Positions 1 to 9,685 of a DNA stretch of 64,000 bases are shown here, piece by piece. Within the stretch, counting starts at the first letter, position 1. The number at the start of each line of letters is the position of its first letter. The translations under genes and the position numbers were made by a program. This stretch comes from Gemmatimonas sp. (GTDB lineage Bacteria > Gemmatimonadota > Gemmatimonadetes > Gemmatimonadales > Gemmatimonadaceae). The DNA lies in assembly GCA_965279375.1 (NCBI GenBank), contig OZ257156.1, positions 1-64,000 on the forward strand, in the 5' to 3' direction. Below the pieces are notes generated by a model. That model had not been told where the DNA came from, ran no database searches, and saw nothing but the letters and a program-made list of their open reading frames with translations.

Positions 1-1463
1 GCGTTGACGAACTTGGTGGCCGTCGCGAAATCGGGCTGGCTCACCGGAATCACGTACGCGCGCGGATCGCGACGCGCAGGATCCTTGAACACCGCGTTGT
101 ACTGCGCGGCGGTCAGCGTCGGCCCACCGCGTCCACCAAAACCAGCGTCGGGATCCGGTGCCGCTGCGGCACCACGTCCACCGCGTCCCGCCATCGCCGA
201 GCCACCGCGCGTGACTGAGTCCGCGCGCGCCATGTCTTCGTTGGAGATGGTCCAGTGATCGCGGCTGCCGCGTTCGATCTGGTTCGCGCCCATGCGATAG
301 ATGTTGAACAGGAACTGGTCCTTGTAGCGCGACGCGAGATCGAGAATGGAGTAGTTGGCCGTGACCGAGTAGTCGATCGACTGGCGCATGTGCCATTCCT
401 GCGGCGCGATCGGCGCGGGCAGATCGCCGCGCGGCAACATCTGGCTCAACGTCACCGGAATCGTCGACGGCGTCGGGCTGCCGATGATTTCCGTGAGAAT
501 GCCGATGATGTTCTGGAAATACGCCGTCGTGCGCAGACCGCCGTTCCACCACGTCGAGTAGCTCGAGCCCGAACGCATCGTGAAGCCCGGCTTGTTCTCC
601 TGCAGGAAGCGCTGGTGCATCGCCGCGCCAACCATGTCGAGTCCCATAATGATCATGGGATCGAGGTTGTAGTTGAACGGATCGCGGAACGGCGGCGAGA
701 AGATCACCGTGCCGACCGGGCCGGTCTGGTGATGGTTGTACATGATCTGCGGCATCCACTCCCAGTACATGAGCTTATTCATGTTCTGGGACTCGGGCAG
801 ATTCGAGATGTAGAAGTCACGGTTGTTGTCGTGACCGGCGTACTTCTCGTACAACCGCGTCGAGCACGGCGCGCGGCGCTGCTCCGCCACGGGGTTCTGC
901 ATGTAGCACTTGGCCACCATCTGCATGCCGTCCGGATTGGCATGCACCATCACGACGATGACGTCCTTGAGAATGCGCTGCGTTTCTTCGTCGTTGCGGC
1001 TGACGAGCTGATAGCTCGTTTCCATGAGCTGGTTCGCACCAACGACTTCGGTGGCATGCAGACCACCGTCGATCCACACGACGCTCTTGCCTTCCTTGGC
1101 CAGCGCGCGCGCCTGTTCGTCGGTGAGGCCCTTGGCCGCCTGCAGTCGCTTCGAGATTTCCTTGTAGCGCGCCAGCTTGGCGAAGTTCTCGGGTGCGGTG
1201 ACGATCGCCGCGAGATGCGGACGACCTTCACCCGTCTTGCCGATCTCCATCACCTGCATGCGACTCGACTCGCCGTCGATCTTCTTCCAATACGCCATGA
1301 ACTGGTCGTAGGTAGGCAGGAAGTAGTCGTCGCCGATGTTGTGGCCGAGAAACGCCTTGGGCGTTGTGATGTTGCCCTGCGCGCGCAGCACCGGCGCGGC
1401 CGTTGCAACAAGACACAACGACGCGACGAGCCCGCGCCATGGGCGGAAAGTCCGCGGTGACAT
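1..1463 (-). CDS. Exported M14 family zinc carboxypeptidase (3' end runs off the window)
   Basis: Not in the ORF track; translated by hand on the minus strand from ATG at 1463 (GGAGG SD upstream). Signal peptide ending VLRAQ, then GLHATE (HxxE), ANPDG, DNNRD and YNHHQ M14 motifs. Confidence 0.9.
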   Translation of the reverse strand, partial: MSPRTFRPWRGLVASLCLVATAAPVLRAQGNITTPKAFLGHNIGDDYFLPTYDQFMAYWKKIDGESSRMQVMEIGKTGEGRPHLAAIVTAPENFAKLARYKEISKRLQAAKGLTDEQARALAKEGKSVVWIDGGLHATEVVGANQLMETSYQLVSRNDEETQRILKDVIVVMVHANPDGMQMVAKCYMQNPVAEQRRAPCSTRLYEKYAGHDNNRDFYISNLPESQNMNKLMYWEWMPQIMYNHHQTGPVGTVIFSPPFRDPFNYNLDPMIIMGLDMVGAAMHQRFLQENKPGFTMRSGSSYSTWWNGGLRTTAYFQNIIGILTEIIGSPTPSTIPVTLSQMLPRGDLPAPIAPQEWHMRQSIDYSVTANYSILDLASRYKDQFLFNIYRMGANQIERGSRDHWTISNEDMARADSVTRGGSAMAGRGGRGAAAAPDPDAGFGGRGGPTLTAAQYNAVFKDPARRDPRAYVIPVSQPDFATATKFVN

Positions 1464-1573
1464 CCAGAAACCTCCAATGCAGGATAAGGGGTGCCGCGTG
1501 GAGGGCGGCTGTCTCAAAGTACGCCCGGCTCCCTGAGACCGCTGGCGTGTCGGCTGGTGCATTCGGCACGCGA

Positions 1574-1651
1574 CGCGGACCGGAACCTCTCGGGCGGCGA
1601 GCATTCCGCGCTGCGCGCGGAACGAGTCGCCTCCCGTGAGGCCCGGCCGCG
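1574..1651. repeat. Long imperfect hairpin with REP-like core (copy 1)
   Basis: Arms CGCGGACCGGAACCTCTCGGGCGGCGA / TCGCCTCCCGTGAGGCCCGGCCGCG. Core 1599-1629 is the reverse complement of 1856-1886 at 29/31 nt. Confidence 0.75.
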
Positions 1652-1831
1652 CCTGCTTGGGGCATGCGCAGGAGCGTGACAGACGTGCGCCCTTCTGAGT
1701 GAAGCCACGCACATCTGCGCCGCCCTCGGTATTCGAGTGGGGCCTGAACCACACCATCCCGCAGTTCAGGCGTCCGTTCCTCCACCTCGCGCGGACTCGG
1801 CCCGTCTCCCCGCCCCCCGTCGCATGCCGAA

Positions 1832-1913
1832 GGCCCCGCGTGGGTCCCCCGAAGCCGACTCGTTCCGAGCGCAGCGAGGAATGCTCGGCGACCGGGGGAC
1901 CGCACGCGGGGCC
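1832..1913. repeat. Long imperfect hairpin with REP-like core (copy 2, inverted)
   Basis: Arms GGCCCCGCGTG-GGTCCCCCG / CGGGGGACC-G-CACGCGGGGCC enclose the core CGACTCGTTCCGAGCGCAGCGAGGAATGCTC. Confidence 0.75.
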
Positions 1914-1979
1914 ACCCGCGCCCACGACAACCCGAAACCGGCAACCCGCGACCACTCACCTGTTAGCTATGCTTAGGCG

Positions 1980-2750
1980 ATGCGTTTCGACCTCAAGACC
2001 ATTTCGCGCGCCGTCGGCATTGCCATCCCGATCGTCTTCGGGATCATGGTCGGACGCCTCCTTTCCCCGTGGCTGCCGCAGTTCGCCGCGTGGGTGAACA
2101 CCCTCGGCGTATGGGCGCCCGTCGCCTTCCTCGCTGCGTACGTCGTCGTCTGCATCCTGATGCTCCCGGCCTTCCTGCTGATCATGGTCGCGGGAGCAGT
2201 CTTTGGCCTCGCCAAGGGCTCCGCGTTGGTGCTTGCCGGCGCGATGCTCGGCGGGACCAGTGCCTTCCTGTTGGGCCGCTACGTCGCCCGTGAACAGGTC
2301 GCCAAGCGCGTCGCCAGGAACCCCACGCTCGCTGCCATCGATCGGGTCGTCGGCGAAGACGGGCTCAAGCTCGTCTTCCTGTTGCGCCTCTCCCCGGCCG
2401 TGCCCTTTGTGCTGACCAACTACGCGCTCGGCGTGACCCAGGTGAAGCTGCGGGATTTCATGATCGGGACCTTCGGCCTGACGCCCGTCGTGCTGGCCTA
2501 TGCCGCCTTCGGCGCAGCCTCCGGCGCCGGCCCCAAACCCGACGGTTCCTCGCCGGTCTCCGGACCGGTGTTGGGGGTCGGCATCGTGGCGTCGGTCGCA
2601 CTCATGCTCCTGCTCGCTCGCATCACCCAGCGCGCCATGCAGGAAGCCGAGGCGTCCAAGCGCGCCGCTGAGCTGGCCGCCGAGTCCAAGCCGACCGCTT
2701 CGAGTACCGCTGATCCGGTGATCGTGGCCGTGAACGCGCCGCACGCCTGA
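1980..2750 (+). CDS. TVP38/TMEM64 (DedA/VTT) family membrane protein
   Basis: Hydrophobic protein with AGAVFG, FLLGRY and LLRLSPAVPFVLTNYALG VTT motifs. Confidence 0.9.
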   Translation: MRFDLKTISRAVGIAIPIVFGIMVGRLLSPWLPQFAAWVNTLGVWAPVAFLAAYVVVCILMLPAFLLIMVAGAVFGLAKGSALVLAGAMLGGTSAFLLGRYVAREQVAKRVARNPTLAAIDRVVGEDGLKLVFLLRLSPAVPFVLTNYALGVTQVKLRDFMIGTFGLTPVVLAYAAFGAASGAGPKPDGSSPVSGPVLGVGIVASVALMLLLARITQRAMQEAEASKRAAELAAESKPTASSTADPVIVAVNAPHA

Positions 2751-2760
2751 TCGCGACGGC

Positions 2761-3555
2761 ATGCCAACACCGCTACAGCTCGTAACGATCGCCGGCATCT
2801 CCGCCATCGGCGGCGCGATCAATTCCGTGGCCGGTGGCGGCATGCTCGTCGTCTTCCCCGCGCTCGTCGGACTTGGTGTCCCTCCCATCGTCGCCAACGC
2901 CACCGGCACCGTCGCCCTCTGGCCCGGCTCGATGAGCAGCCTCTGGGGATACCGGAACGCCATGAAGGGTGCGGGCAGGTGGGCGATTCACCTCGCGGTC
3001 CCCAGCCTGATTGGCGGCTTGCTGGGTGCGTGGCTGCTGCTGTCCACGCCGAGTGCGCGCTTCTCCGCGCTGGTGCCGTGGCTCGTGCTCGGTGCCACCG
3101 TGCTCTTCGTGCTGCAACGACCCGTCTCGGAGTGGCTCATGCGTCGCGCCCGCGGAGACAATCCCGCCGAGCCGCGCACAAACTCCATTCCCTTCCCGGC
3201 ACCGCCGCGGCACTACCTGCTGTTGCAGCTCGCCATTGCGATTTACGGCGGCTACTTCGGCGCCGGGGCCGGCATTCTGATGCTCGTTGGACTCGGCCTC
3301 ATGGGGCTGACCAACATCCACCAGATGAACGGACTGAAGAACGTCTGCGGCTCCTGCTTCAACGCCGTCGCCGCCATCACCTTCGCCACGCAACACGTGG
3401 TGGACTGGCCCATCGCCGGCGCGATGGCCGTCGGCTCGGTGCTCGGCGGCTACTTCACGTCAGGACTTGCCCAGCGCACGCCGCAAACGCTCATGCGCGG
3501 CGTGATCGGTGCAATCGGTCTCGTGGCCAGCGCGTGGCTTATGTGGCAGCGCTGA
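2761..3555 (+). CDS. Sulfite exporter TauE/SafE family protein
   Basis: INSVAGGG, ANAT and IYGGYFGAGAG motifs; about 8 TM segments. Confidence 0.9.
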   Translation: MPTPLQLVTIAGISAIGGAINSVAGGGMLVVFPALVGLGVPPIVANATGTVALWPGSMSSLWGYRNAMKGAGRWAIHLAVPSLIGGLLGAWLLLSTPSARFSALVPWLVLGATVLFVLQRPVSEWLMRRARGDNPAEPRTNSIPFPAPPRHYLLLQLAIAIYGGYFGAGAGILMLVGLGLMGLTNIHQMNGLKNVCGSCFNAVAAITFATQHVVDWPIAGAMAVGSVLGGYFTSGLAQRTPQTLMRGVIGAIGLVASAWLMWQR

Positions 3556-5935
3556 CCGGCGAGCGACGCCGGTCGAGCACCACACCCGCCAACATCGCCA
3601 CCAATCCGAGCGCGAGCGCCGCGAGCGTAATGCTCTTGCCGGACTCATAGCGCGCACTGCGGAACGTCAGCTCCACCTGTTTCGCGCCAGCGGGCAACTC
3701 GACGCCCATCAGCACGTAGTCAGCGCGATCCACCTTGGCGGGCGACCCGTTCACTGTCGCCGTCCACCCCGGATAGAAATTCTCCGACACCATCAGCGTC
3801 GCGTTGGCCGGCGCCGGCTGATCGAGCGCGAGCACGATGTGCCCCGGCTCCCACATCGTCGCCTGCACCTTGATCGACAGCGGTTCCGGCATGGTGGAGG
3901 GCGCAGCTTGCGTGCGCACCGTGGTGCTCGTGTCGAACAACGCCACACGCAACGGATCGAAGCGCTGGTCGAGCAACGTCGGCAAGCTCGCCGCATCTGG
4001 CAGCTTGACCGCAATCGGCGTCACCCACGCCGGCGGATTGTCTCCCGGCATCGCGTACACCGACACCATTTCACCAGCGGCGTTGCGCGCCGGCCCAGCC
4101 AGACGCGGGGCACCCGGAATCGGCGACTCCGGGGCGTTGGTGTACAGGTAGCGCACGTTGAGCAGCTGCAGCATCCGCGGATCGCTGAGTCGCTTCACGT
4201 ACTCCTCGGTGTCCCACCCCGTCAGCTCGTCATAGCGTCCGAGCTCATTGCCGTGATAGCCCGACACGGAGCGAATGCCATGCACCATGAACCCGGTGCC
4301 CTTGCCCTCGCCGCTGCCGAGGAAGGGATCGCGACGCGCGCCGTTCATCTGCTGCGCAGCGACCGCCCACACGCGTCCGGTCGGTGCCTTCTTCAGGAAA
4401 TCGATCGTCGCGTCGCTCGCGTAGAGCTCCTTCGCGGACGGCGCAAAGCGCCAGTACAACCGTTCGATCGACCAAAGGTCCAATGCGGCGAACGCCACGA
4501 GACACCAGGCAGCCACGGTCGCGTTGAGTTTCTTCTGCTGCAGCGCGAACAACACGCCCACGGCGGCGAGCACGAAGGCCAGCGAACGCAGCGCGCCGCT
4601 GATGATGTTGGACGCATTCGCGAACACGCGCTCCTCGCGCCCCGGCAAGGCGAACGCACCTTCCATGTTTCCTAACGCTCCGCTGCCGGCGAGCGCCGCA
4701 ATCGCCACGCCCGCGATCGCCCAGCCAATCAAGTAACGCGGCCGCACGCCCACGGTGAAGGCGCGATCGGCCCCCAGCCCCGCCAACACGGCCGTACAGA
4801 AGCTCACGACGTACAACATCGTGCTCGGCGCACGGAAGAAATCCGTGCCCGGCACCAGCGTGTACACGAGGCTGAAGAACGGCGTGTAGCCGCCTAGCGC
4901 CCACAGCAGCGACACCACCAGCGCGCCCAGCCAGAACCAGAGCATGCTCCGACGCACACGTGTCGCGCCAAACGCCAGTCCTGCCAGCAGCAGCACCACC
5001 GCGCCGATGTACTCGCTGTGCAGGTGGATGCCGTTGCGGCCGGAGTACATCGTGAGGATGCCCGAGAACTGCGGCAGATATGTGTTGATCAGCTCTTCCG
5101 GCGGCATCGAGTACGAGATGGCGTGCTCCCATCCCTTGCCACCAGCACGCGGTGACCACGGCGTGTACTCGAGCAGCGGCCAGAACTGAATCGCGCCCCC
5201 CAGCATACCGACGCCAACCGACACACCAGCGAGCGCGAGACGCTGCACGGCGGCACCCGTGGCGAGCTTGGCGCCACCCATCGGCGCACTGAACGCGAGG
5301 AAGAGCGCATACGCGCCCGTCAGCAGCAACAGGTACTGCAGCAGCTGCGGATGCGGCGTGAGCACAGCCAACGTGATCGTGATGGCCAGACTGCCCCACG
5401 CCCACAGGCGCCCGTCTCGCATGCCGCGATGCACGAAGAACAGCGCCAGCGGCAAGAGCGCCGCGACAAAGATCTTGCCGTCATGCCCGGGAGAAACGAG
5501 TCCAGCCACGTTGCCGCCCATCTCGTACGCCAGTCCACCCAACAACGCGCCGAAGAACCCGAGGCCCAACGCGTTGCGAAGGAACAGGTACGTGAAGCAG
5601 CCCGCGAGGAAGACGTGCAGCGTCATCCCCCACGTCATCGCTGCGCCCGTTTCCATCAGGAGACGCAGCAGAAACGTGGGATAGAAAATGTCGCCGTGCA
5701 TCGCTGCCACGTACGGCATGCCGCCGAACAGGTACGGACTCCACAAAGGAAATCCGTGTCCCGCGCGCAGCGACTGCGCCGCGAAATCGCGGAACGCAAA
5801 GCCAGCGATGTACTGGTCGCTGTTCTCGTTCAACAGCGTGAGGCCACCCAACGCAGGGTAGCAGAGCAGCAACGTCCCGACCGCCAGCACGAGCACCGCC
5901 GTCAGGGTCTGTCGTCGCGTTGCGGTGTCGTGCAT
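3539..5935 (-). CDS. YfhO family multi-pass membrane protein (GT-C-like glycosyltransferase)
   Basis: PLWSPYLFGGMP near the N-terminus, many TM helices, FFRAPS, C-terminal SENFYPGWTATVNG...GVELPAG plus a final TM. Confidence 0.85.
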   Translation of the reverse strand: MHDTATRRQTLTAVLVLAVGTLLLCYPALGGLTLLNENSDQYIAGFAFRDFAAQSLRAGHGFPLWSPYLFGGMPYVAAMHGDIFYPTFLLRLLMETGAAMTWGMTLHVFLAGCFTYLFLRNALGLGFFGALLGGLAYEMGGNVAGLVSPGHDGKIFVAALLPLALFFVHRGMRDGRLWAWGSLAITITLAVLTPHPQLLQYLLLLTGAYALFLAFSAPMGGAKLATGAAVQRLALAGVSVGVGMLGGAIQFWPLLEYTPWSPRAGGKGWEHAISYSMPPEELINTYLPQFSGILTMYSGRNGIHLHSEYIGAVVLLLAGLAFGATRVRRSMLWFWLGALVVSLLWALGGYTPFFSLVYTLVPGTDFFRAPSTMLYVVSFCTAVLAGLGADRAFTVGVRPRYLIGWAIAGVAIAALAGSGALGNMEGAFALPGREERVFANASNIISGALRSLAFVLAAVGVLFALQQKKLNATVAAWCLVAFAALDLWSIERLYWRFAPSAKELYASDATIDFLKKAPTGRVWAVAAQQMNGARRDPFLGSGEGKGTGFMVHGIRSVSGYHGNELGRYDELTGWDTEEYVKRLSDPRMLQLLNVRYLYTNAPESPIPGAPRLAGPARNAAGEMVSVYAMPGDNPPAWVTPIAVKLPDAASLPTLLDQRFDPLRVALFDTSTTVRTQAAPSTMPEPLSIKVQATMWEPGHIVLALDQPAPANATLMVSENFYPGWTATVNGSPAKVDRADYVLMGVELPAGAKQVELTFRSARYESGKSITLAALALGLVAMLAGVVLDRRRSPVSAAT

Positions 5936-5959
5936 AGGGTTCCGTGCGGAGTGAGACGG

Positions 5960-6271
5960 TTAGCGGCGTTCCATGGCGTCGCGCACATCGAGCAGGATCT
6001 CGAAGTACAATTGCTCACGACGATACGCAAAGTCGAGCGAGGTCATCGCCGACGGATCATCCGACTGCTTGGCGCGATCGAACGCCTCGCGATACATCTC
6101 TTCGAGGTTGGTCAGAATACGCTCGCGTGAACGCGACATACGAAGGCCCTCGAGGGCTTGGAGTGTGAGTCGGGGCGGGAGATCACCAGGTGTGGCTGCG
6201 CTCTCTTCAGCATCGAAGAGGCGCGTCACCTGCCGAAACAGCATACGTCGTGCGTTGTCAGGGACGTCCAC
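5960..6271 (-). CDS. Small helical hypothetical protein
   Basis: 103-aa ORF with protein-like composition, upstream of and co-oriented with yfhO. Start uncertain (GTG 6271 or ATG near 6244). Confidence 0.65.
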   Translation of the reverse strand: MDVPDNARRMLFRQVTRLFDAEESAATPGDLPPRLTLQALEGLRMSRSRERILTNLEEMYREAFDRAKQSDDPSAMTSLDFAYRREQLYFEILLDVRDAMERR

Positions 6272-6286
6272 TATGGGTCAGGCTGA

Positions 6287-6697
6287 GTGAAGCGCGCAGA
6301 CATCTTCGCACGAGATGCGTACCGGTGCGTCTACTGCGGACTGGAGCAGACCCCGGACCAGTTGAGCGTGGACCATGTCCAACCCAAGGTTCGCGGCGGC
6401 GACGGCTCCGAGGGCAACGTAGTGACCGCTTGCATGGCCTGCAACACAGCCAAGGCCTCTCGCCCCCTCGCACAGTACCTCGCGGAGGATCCTGTCGCCC
6501 GGCGGAACTTCTTTCGCTACGCGCGGTACGTCTGGGCAAGACATCTGCGTGCGGTGGCCGAGGAGCTCGCGCGCCGGGGCGTTGTGGAGCGTCCTACGGA
6601 TTTCGTGGAGGGGATTCGGGGGCTGCGCAGCTCCGAGGCCATCGCGCGGATGTTCTTTCAGCACGACACAGGGCGCACCGACCGCGCGCCAGACTAG
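6287..6697 (+). CDS. HNH endonuclease (McrA-like, Zn-binding)
   Basis: RDAYRCVYCG...VDHVQP..RGG....NVVTACMACNTAK motif. Confidence 0.9.
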   Translation: MKRADIFARDAYRCVYCGLEQTPDQLSVDHVQPKVRGGDGSEGNVVTACMACNTAKASRPLAQYLAEDPVARRNFFRYARYVWARHLRAVAEELARRGVVERPTDFVEGIRGLRSSEAIARMFFQHDTGRTDRAPD

Positions 6698-6704
6698 CCT
6701 GGCC

Positions 6705-7067
6705 TCAGACCTTTTGGTCAGGTCGGCTGTCATGCCGGTGGAACACGGCCTCCTCGATCACGCGCCCGCCCTTCAGGTGATCGACCACGATCCGTTCGAG
6801 CAACGGCATCGTCACCCCCGCGTACCAAACGCCCTCGGGGTACACGACCAGAATCGGCCCACCGCCGCAAACTCCGAGGCACGGCGCCTCGCTGCGCTTC
6901 ACACGGGTCGGCCCAAAAAGCAGCCCCTCACGCTGCAGCAACGACGCCAATCGGCTGTAGATCGCACGCCCCGCACGAGACTCATGACAGAATCCTCCCG
7001 TGCAGACGAGCACATGTCGCGAGTACCGCTCCATCTCCGGCGGCGGCGCGGACGCCGAATTGCCCAT
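6705..7067 (-). CDS. Thioredoxin-like [2Fe-2S] ferredoxin
   Basis: HVLVCTGGFC...CLGVCGGGPILVVYPEGVWY motif. Confidence 0.9.
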   Translation of the reverse strand: MGNSASAPPPEMERYSRHVLVCTGGFCHESRAGRAIYSRLASLLQREGLLFGPTRVKRSEAPCLGVCGGGPILVVYPEGVWYAGVTMPLLERIVVDHLKGGRVIEEAVFHRHDSRPDQKV

Positions 7068-7071
7068 CTAC

Positions 7072-7383
7072 TCAGGCATTCCTGTCGGGAATATCCGGCT
7101 TCTCGCTCGCCCGGCGCGCCGCGCGCTCTCGCACCAGCGTGTACATGCCGCGCATTGCCAGCATCGTCCCCACCAGCGACACCGCGATCCCGCGATTGCC
7201 CAGATGCTGCAACCAGCGCGCCGATGCCGCGCTCATGAGAAACCCGATTCCCGCGTACGCCATCGCTCGACGCTGGGCCGAGTTCCAGCGCCCGGGACGA
7301 CCGCCGAAGACCGCAGACCCCAACAACCACGCGCCACCGGTCGCCACCAGCGCCGATGCAATCGTCTCGCGGTCCACAGTCAT
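7072..7383 (-). CDS. Small membrane hypothetical protein (about 3 TM)
   Basis: Three hydrophobic segments from MTVDRETIAS; ends 4 nt before the ferredoxin start. Confidence 0.65.
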   Translation of the reverse strand: MTVDRETIASALVATGGAWLLGSAVFGGRPGRWNSAQRRAMAYAGIGFLMSAASARWLQHLGNRGIAVSLVGTMLAMRGMYTLVRERAARRASEKPDIPDRNA

Positions 7384-7540
7384 GCATGCGCTCCACGAAC
7401 AGGGATGGGCCACGCACCAGCGATCGCTGCCAATCGGCCGCATCCGAAATCGCCGGCCAGTCAAAGCTAGTACGGCACATCAGTGTGCGACACACACGGT
7501 CCGCGTCGCTGCACCGCGCCGGCAACCCCGCTCTACGCGA

Positions 7541-8680
7541 TCAGCGCAGGAACGCCAAACCGAGCTCGGCCACGATTAAGACAACGATCGCGATTTCGAG
7601 GGTCTCGCTGCGCGCCGCCTGCGCTTCGTCGTTGAGCATCGCATAGGTGTCGCGCAGGATCGCCAGCTTCCGATCGATACCGGCGCGCCAAGCCTTCCCG
7701 CGAAAGAGCTCGAGCGCGGCTGAGTACACACGAGCCAGATAGACATCGTCGGTGACCTTGAGCGCGTTCTCCACTCGCTCCACCAGCTCGGTAGAATCCG
7801 CGACCTGCGCCTGCAGTCGAGACAGCAATCCCGCGAAACGTCGCCCTGGAAAGACCGACCGTCGCGCACGCGCCGCTTCGATTGCGTCGTACAGGCGAGG
7901 CAGTTCCCCGTCGAGCACGGCATCGTAGTAGCGCAACTCGAGCAGCTGCGCGTTGGCAAACTCGAGGATGTACTGCAGGTCGGTATCCGCGTCGCCCGGC
8001 TCGACCACGAGCGCGTTGTCCCACGTGAGGATCGCCAGGTCATCGGAGTAATACGAGAACTGGTGCGGTAAGAGCTCGCGCCTCGCCTCAGCGGAGAGCT
8101 GACGCGACTCGTTGAGCAGCAGCGGCACCACATCGAGCTGCGCCAGTACGCTCGCCGTGACCGGCTGACCGCCGCGACCCAACACCTGCGTCACACGGAA
8201 GACCGTGTAGTCCTCGTGCACGGCAGCAATCGCCGGACGCTCGATGGCGCCGCGAATTCGCTCCGTCAGCAGCCGAAGCTGGTGCTGCACCGACGCCTCG
8301 ATGCCCTCGTGCTGCTCCAACGACTGCCCGAAGGCCGTGAACGCCTGCCACGATGCGACGCCGGGCGCGCGCACCCGTGCGCGTAACGAGACAACGCCGA
8401 AATCGAAGATGCGCGCAGACAGCTCGACGTCGAAGGAATCCGATCCCACCAACAGCGCATCGCTGCCAAGCAGCACCGTGACGGGCGGGTTCTGGATCTG
8501 GAGTGCCTGCCCCTCGCCGCGCACCGGACGGACCCGTTCCGGACCGCTCGCCGCGAGCAAGTCGAGCGCTCTCGCGAGATCGATCGCATACCCGACGTCG
8601 AAGAGGCGATACACAATTGCCGCACCGGCCACCTGCAGGTCCGACATGTCGCCGTGAGTTACCGCATGCGTACTGGTCAT
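7541..8680 (-). CDS. RMD1/DUF155-like protein with C-terminal TM
   Basis: Helical C-terminal half ending [13 protein letters not shown], which resembles the DUF155 terminal motif. Start taken at ATG 8680, 7 nt after a CATAGT -10-like box. Confidence 0.65.
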   Translation of the reverse strand: MTSTHAVTHGDMSDLQVAGAAIVYRLFDVGYAIDLARALDLLAASGPERVRPVRGEGQALQIQNPPVTVLLGSDALLVGSDSFDVELSARIFDFGVVSLRARVRAPGVASWQAFTAFGQSLEQHEGIEASVQHQLRLLTERIRGAIERPAIAAVHEDYTVFRVTQVLGRGGQPVTASVLAQLDVVPLLLNESRQLSAEARRELLPHQFSYYSDDLAILTWDNALVVEPGDADTDLQYILEFANAQLLELRYYDAVLDGELPRLYDAIEAARARRSVFPGRRFAGLLSRLQAQVADSTELVERVENALKVTDDVYLARVYSAALELFRGKAWRAGIDRKLAILRDTYAMLNDEAQAARSETLEIAIVVLIVAELGLAFLR

Positions 8681-8755
8681 GCTGCAAACTATGTGGAACG
8701 AATCGCTGTCGCCGAGCACTTTCCGGGCATTGACGCACCCTGCACCTTTCGTGAC

Positions 8756-9685
8756 ATGCCTGAAGACACCGTGCCAAACTCGCCATCGATCGCGTCGCTA
8801 CCCGGAGTGCCCGATCCGCTCGTGGCCGCCAAGGGATACGCCCACCCCGAGCGCCTCGTCTCCACCGCGTGGCTCGCGGAACACCTCGACCTGCCGAATC
8901 TCCGTCTGCTCGAATGCAACGAGGACGTGCTGCTGTACGACCTCGAGCACATTCCGGGCGCGCAGAAGCTCGACTGGCACATCGACCTCAACGATCAGAT
9001 CGAGCGCGACTACATCGCGCGCGCAGGCTTCGAGACACTGTTGCGCGAGAAAGGGATCGACAACGACACCACCGTCGTCTTCTACGGAGACAAGAACAAC
9101 TGGTGGGCCACGTACGCGTTCTGGGTCTTCCGTCTCTTCGGCTTCGACAACGCCGTGGTACTCGACGGCGGCCGCGCCAAGTGGATCGCCGAGGAGCGCC
9201 CCACCACGGCCGAACGTCCAACGTTTCCGTCCAGCACGTATGAAGCGCGTGAGCGCGATGACGGTCGCATCCGAGCCTTCATCGACGACACGCGTACGCA
9301 CATGTGGTCGAAGAAGCCGATGGTCGATGTGCGCTCACCGCAGGAGTACACCGGCGAGAAGCTGCACATGCCCGACTATCCGCAGGAAGGCACGTTGCGC
9401 GGTGGACACATTCCCGGCGCGCGCAGCATGCCGTGGGCTCGCGCCGCCGACGCGGATGGCACGTTCAAGTCCGCCGACGCACTCCGCGCACTGTACGAAG
9501 GCGAGCTGGGGCTCGAGTCCACAGACAACATCATCACGTACTGCCGCATCGGCGAGCGCTCGTCGCACACCTGGTTCGTGCTGACCTACCTGCTCGGCTA
9601 CACCAACGTGCGCAACTACGACGGATCGTGGACCGAGTGGGGCAACGCAGTGCGCGCACCGATCACCAAGGGAGCCGAACCATGA
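8756..9685 (+). CDS. Thiosulfate sulfurtransferase (tandem rhodanese, SseA/CysA type)
   Basis: LVSTAWL, HIPGA twice, active-site [17 protein letters not shown]. Confidence 0.95.
   Translation: MPEDTVPNSPSIASLPGVPDPLVAAKGYAHPERLVSTAWLAEHLDLPNLRLLECNEDVLLYDLEHIPGAQKLDWHIDLNDQIERDYIARAGFETLLREKGIDNDTTVVFYGDKNNWWATYAFWVFRLFGFDNAVVLDGGRAKWIAEERPTTAERPTFPSSTYEARERDDGRIRAFIDDTRTHMWSKKPMVDVRSPQEYTGEKLHMPDYPQEGTLRGGHIPGARSMPWARAADADGTFKSADALRALYEGELGLESTDNIITYCRIGERSSHTWFVLTYLLGYTNVRNYDGSWTEWGNAVRAPITKGAEP

Noticed and set aside
1445..1453. GGAAAGTCC resembling the RNase P RNA conserved motif
   Set aside because: It lies antisense to the peptidase signal-peptide codons, and the matching 3' P4 motif is not found.
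255..1460. 401-aa plus-strand ORF and similar long ORFs (3509-4675, 16687-18318, 22527-23966, 23665-25350, 28568-30097, 42072-43379)
   Set aside because: These are shadow or alternate frames of well-supported genes. Their Arg/His/Ala-rich composition is typical of high-GC antisense frames and they carry no motifs.
1661..1828. Assignment of the structured region as 6S RNA because of the CCTGAAC/GTTCAGG hairpin
   Set aside because: The interior is multibranched rather than a rod with a central bubble, and the spacing does not fit. Kept as an unassigned candidate.
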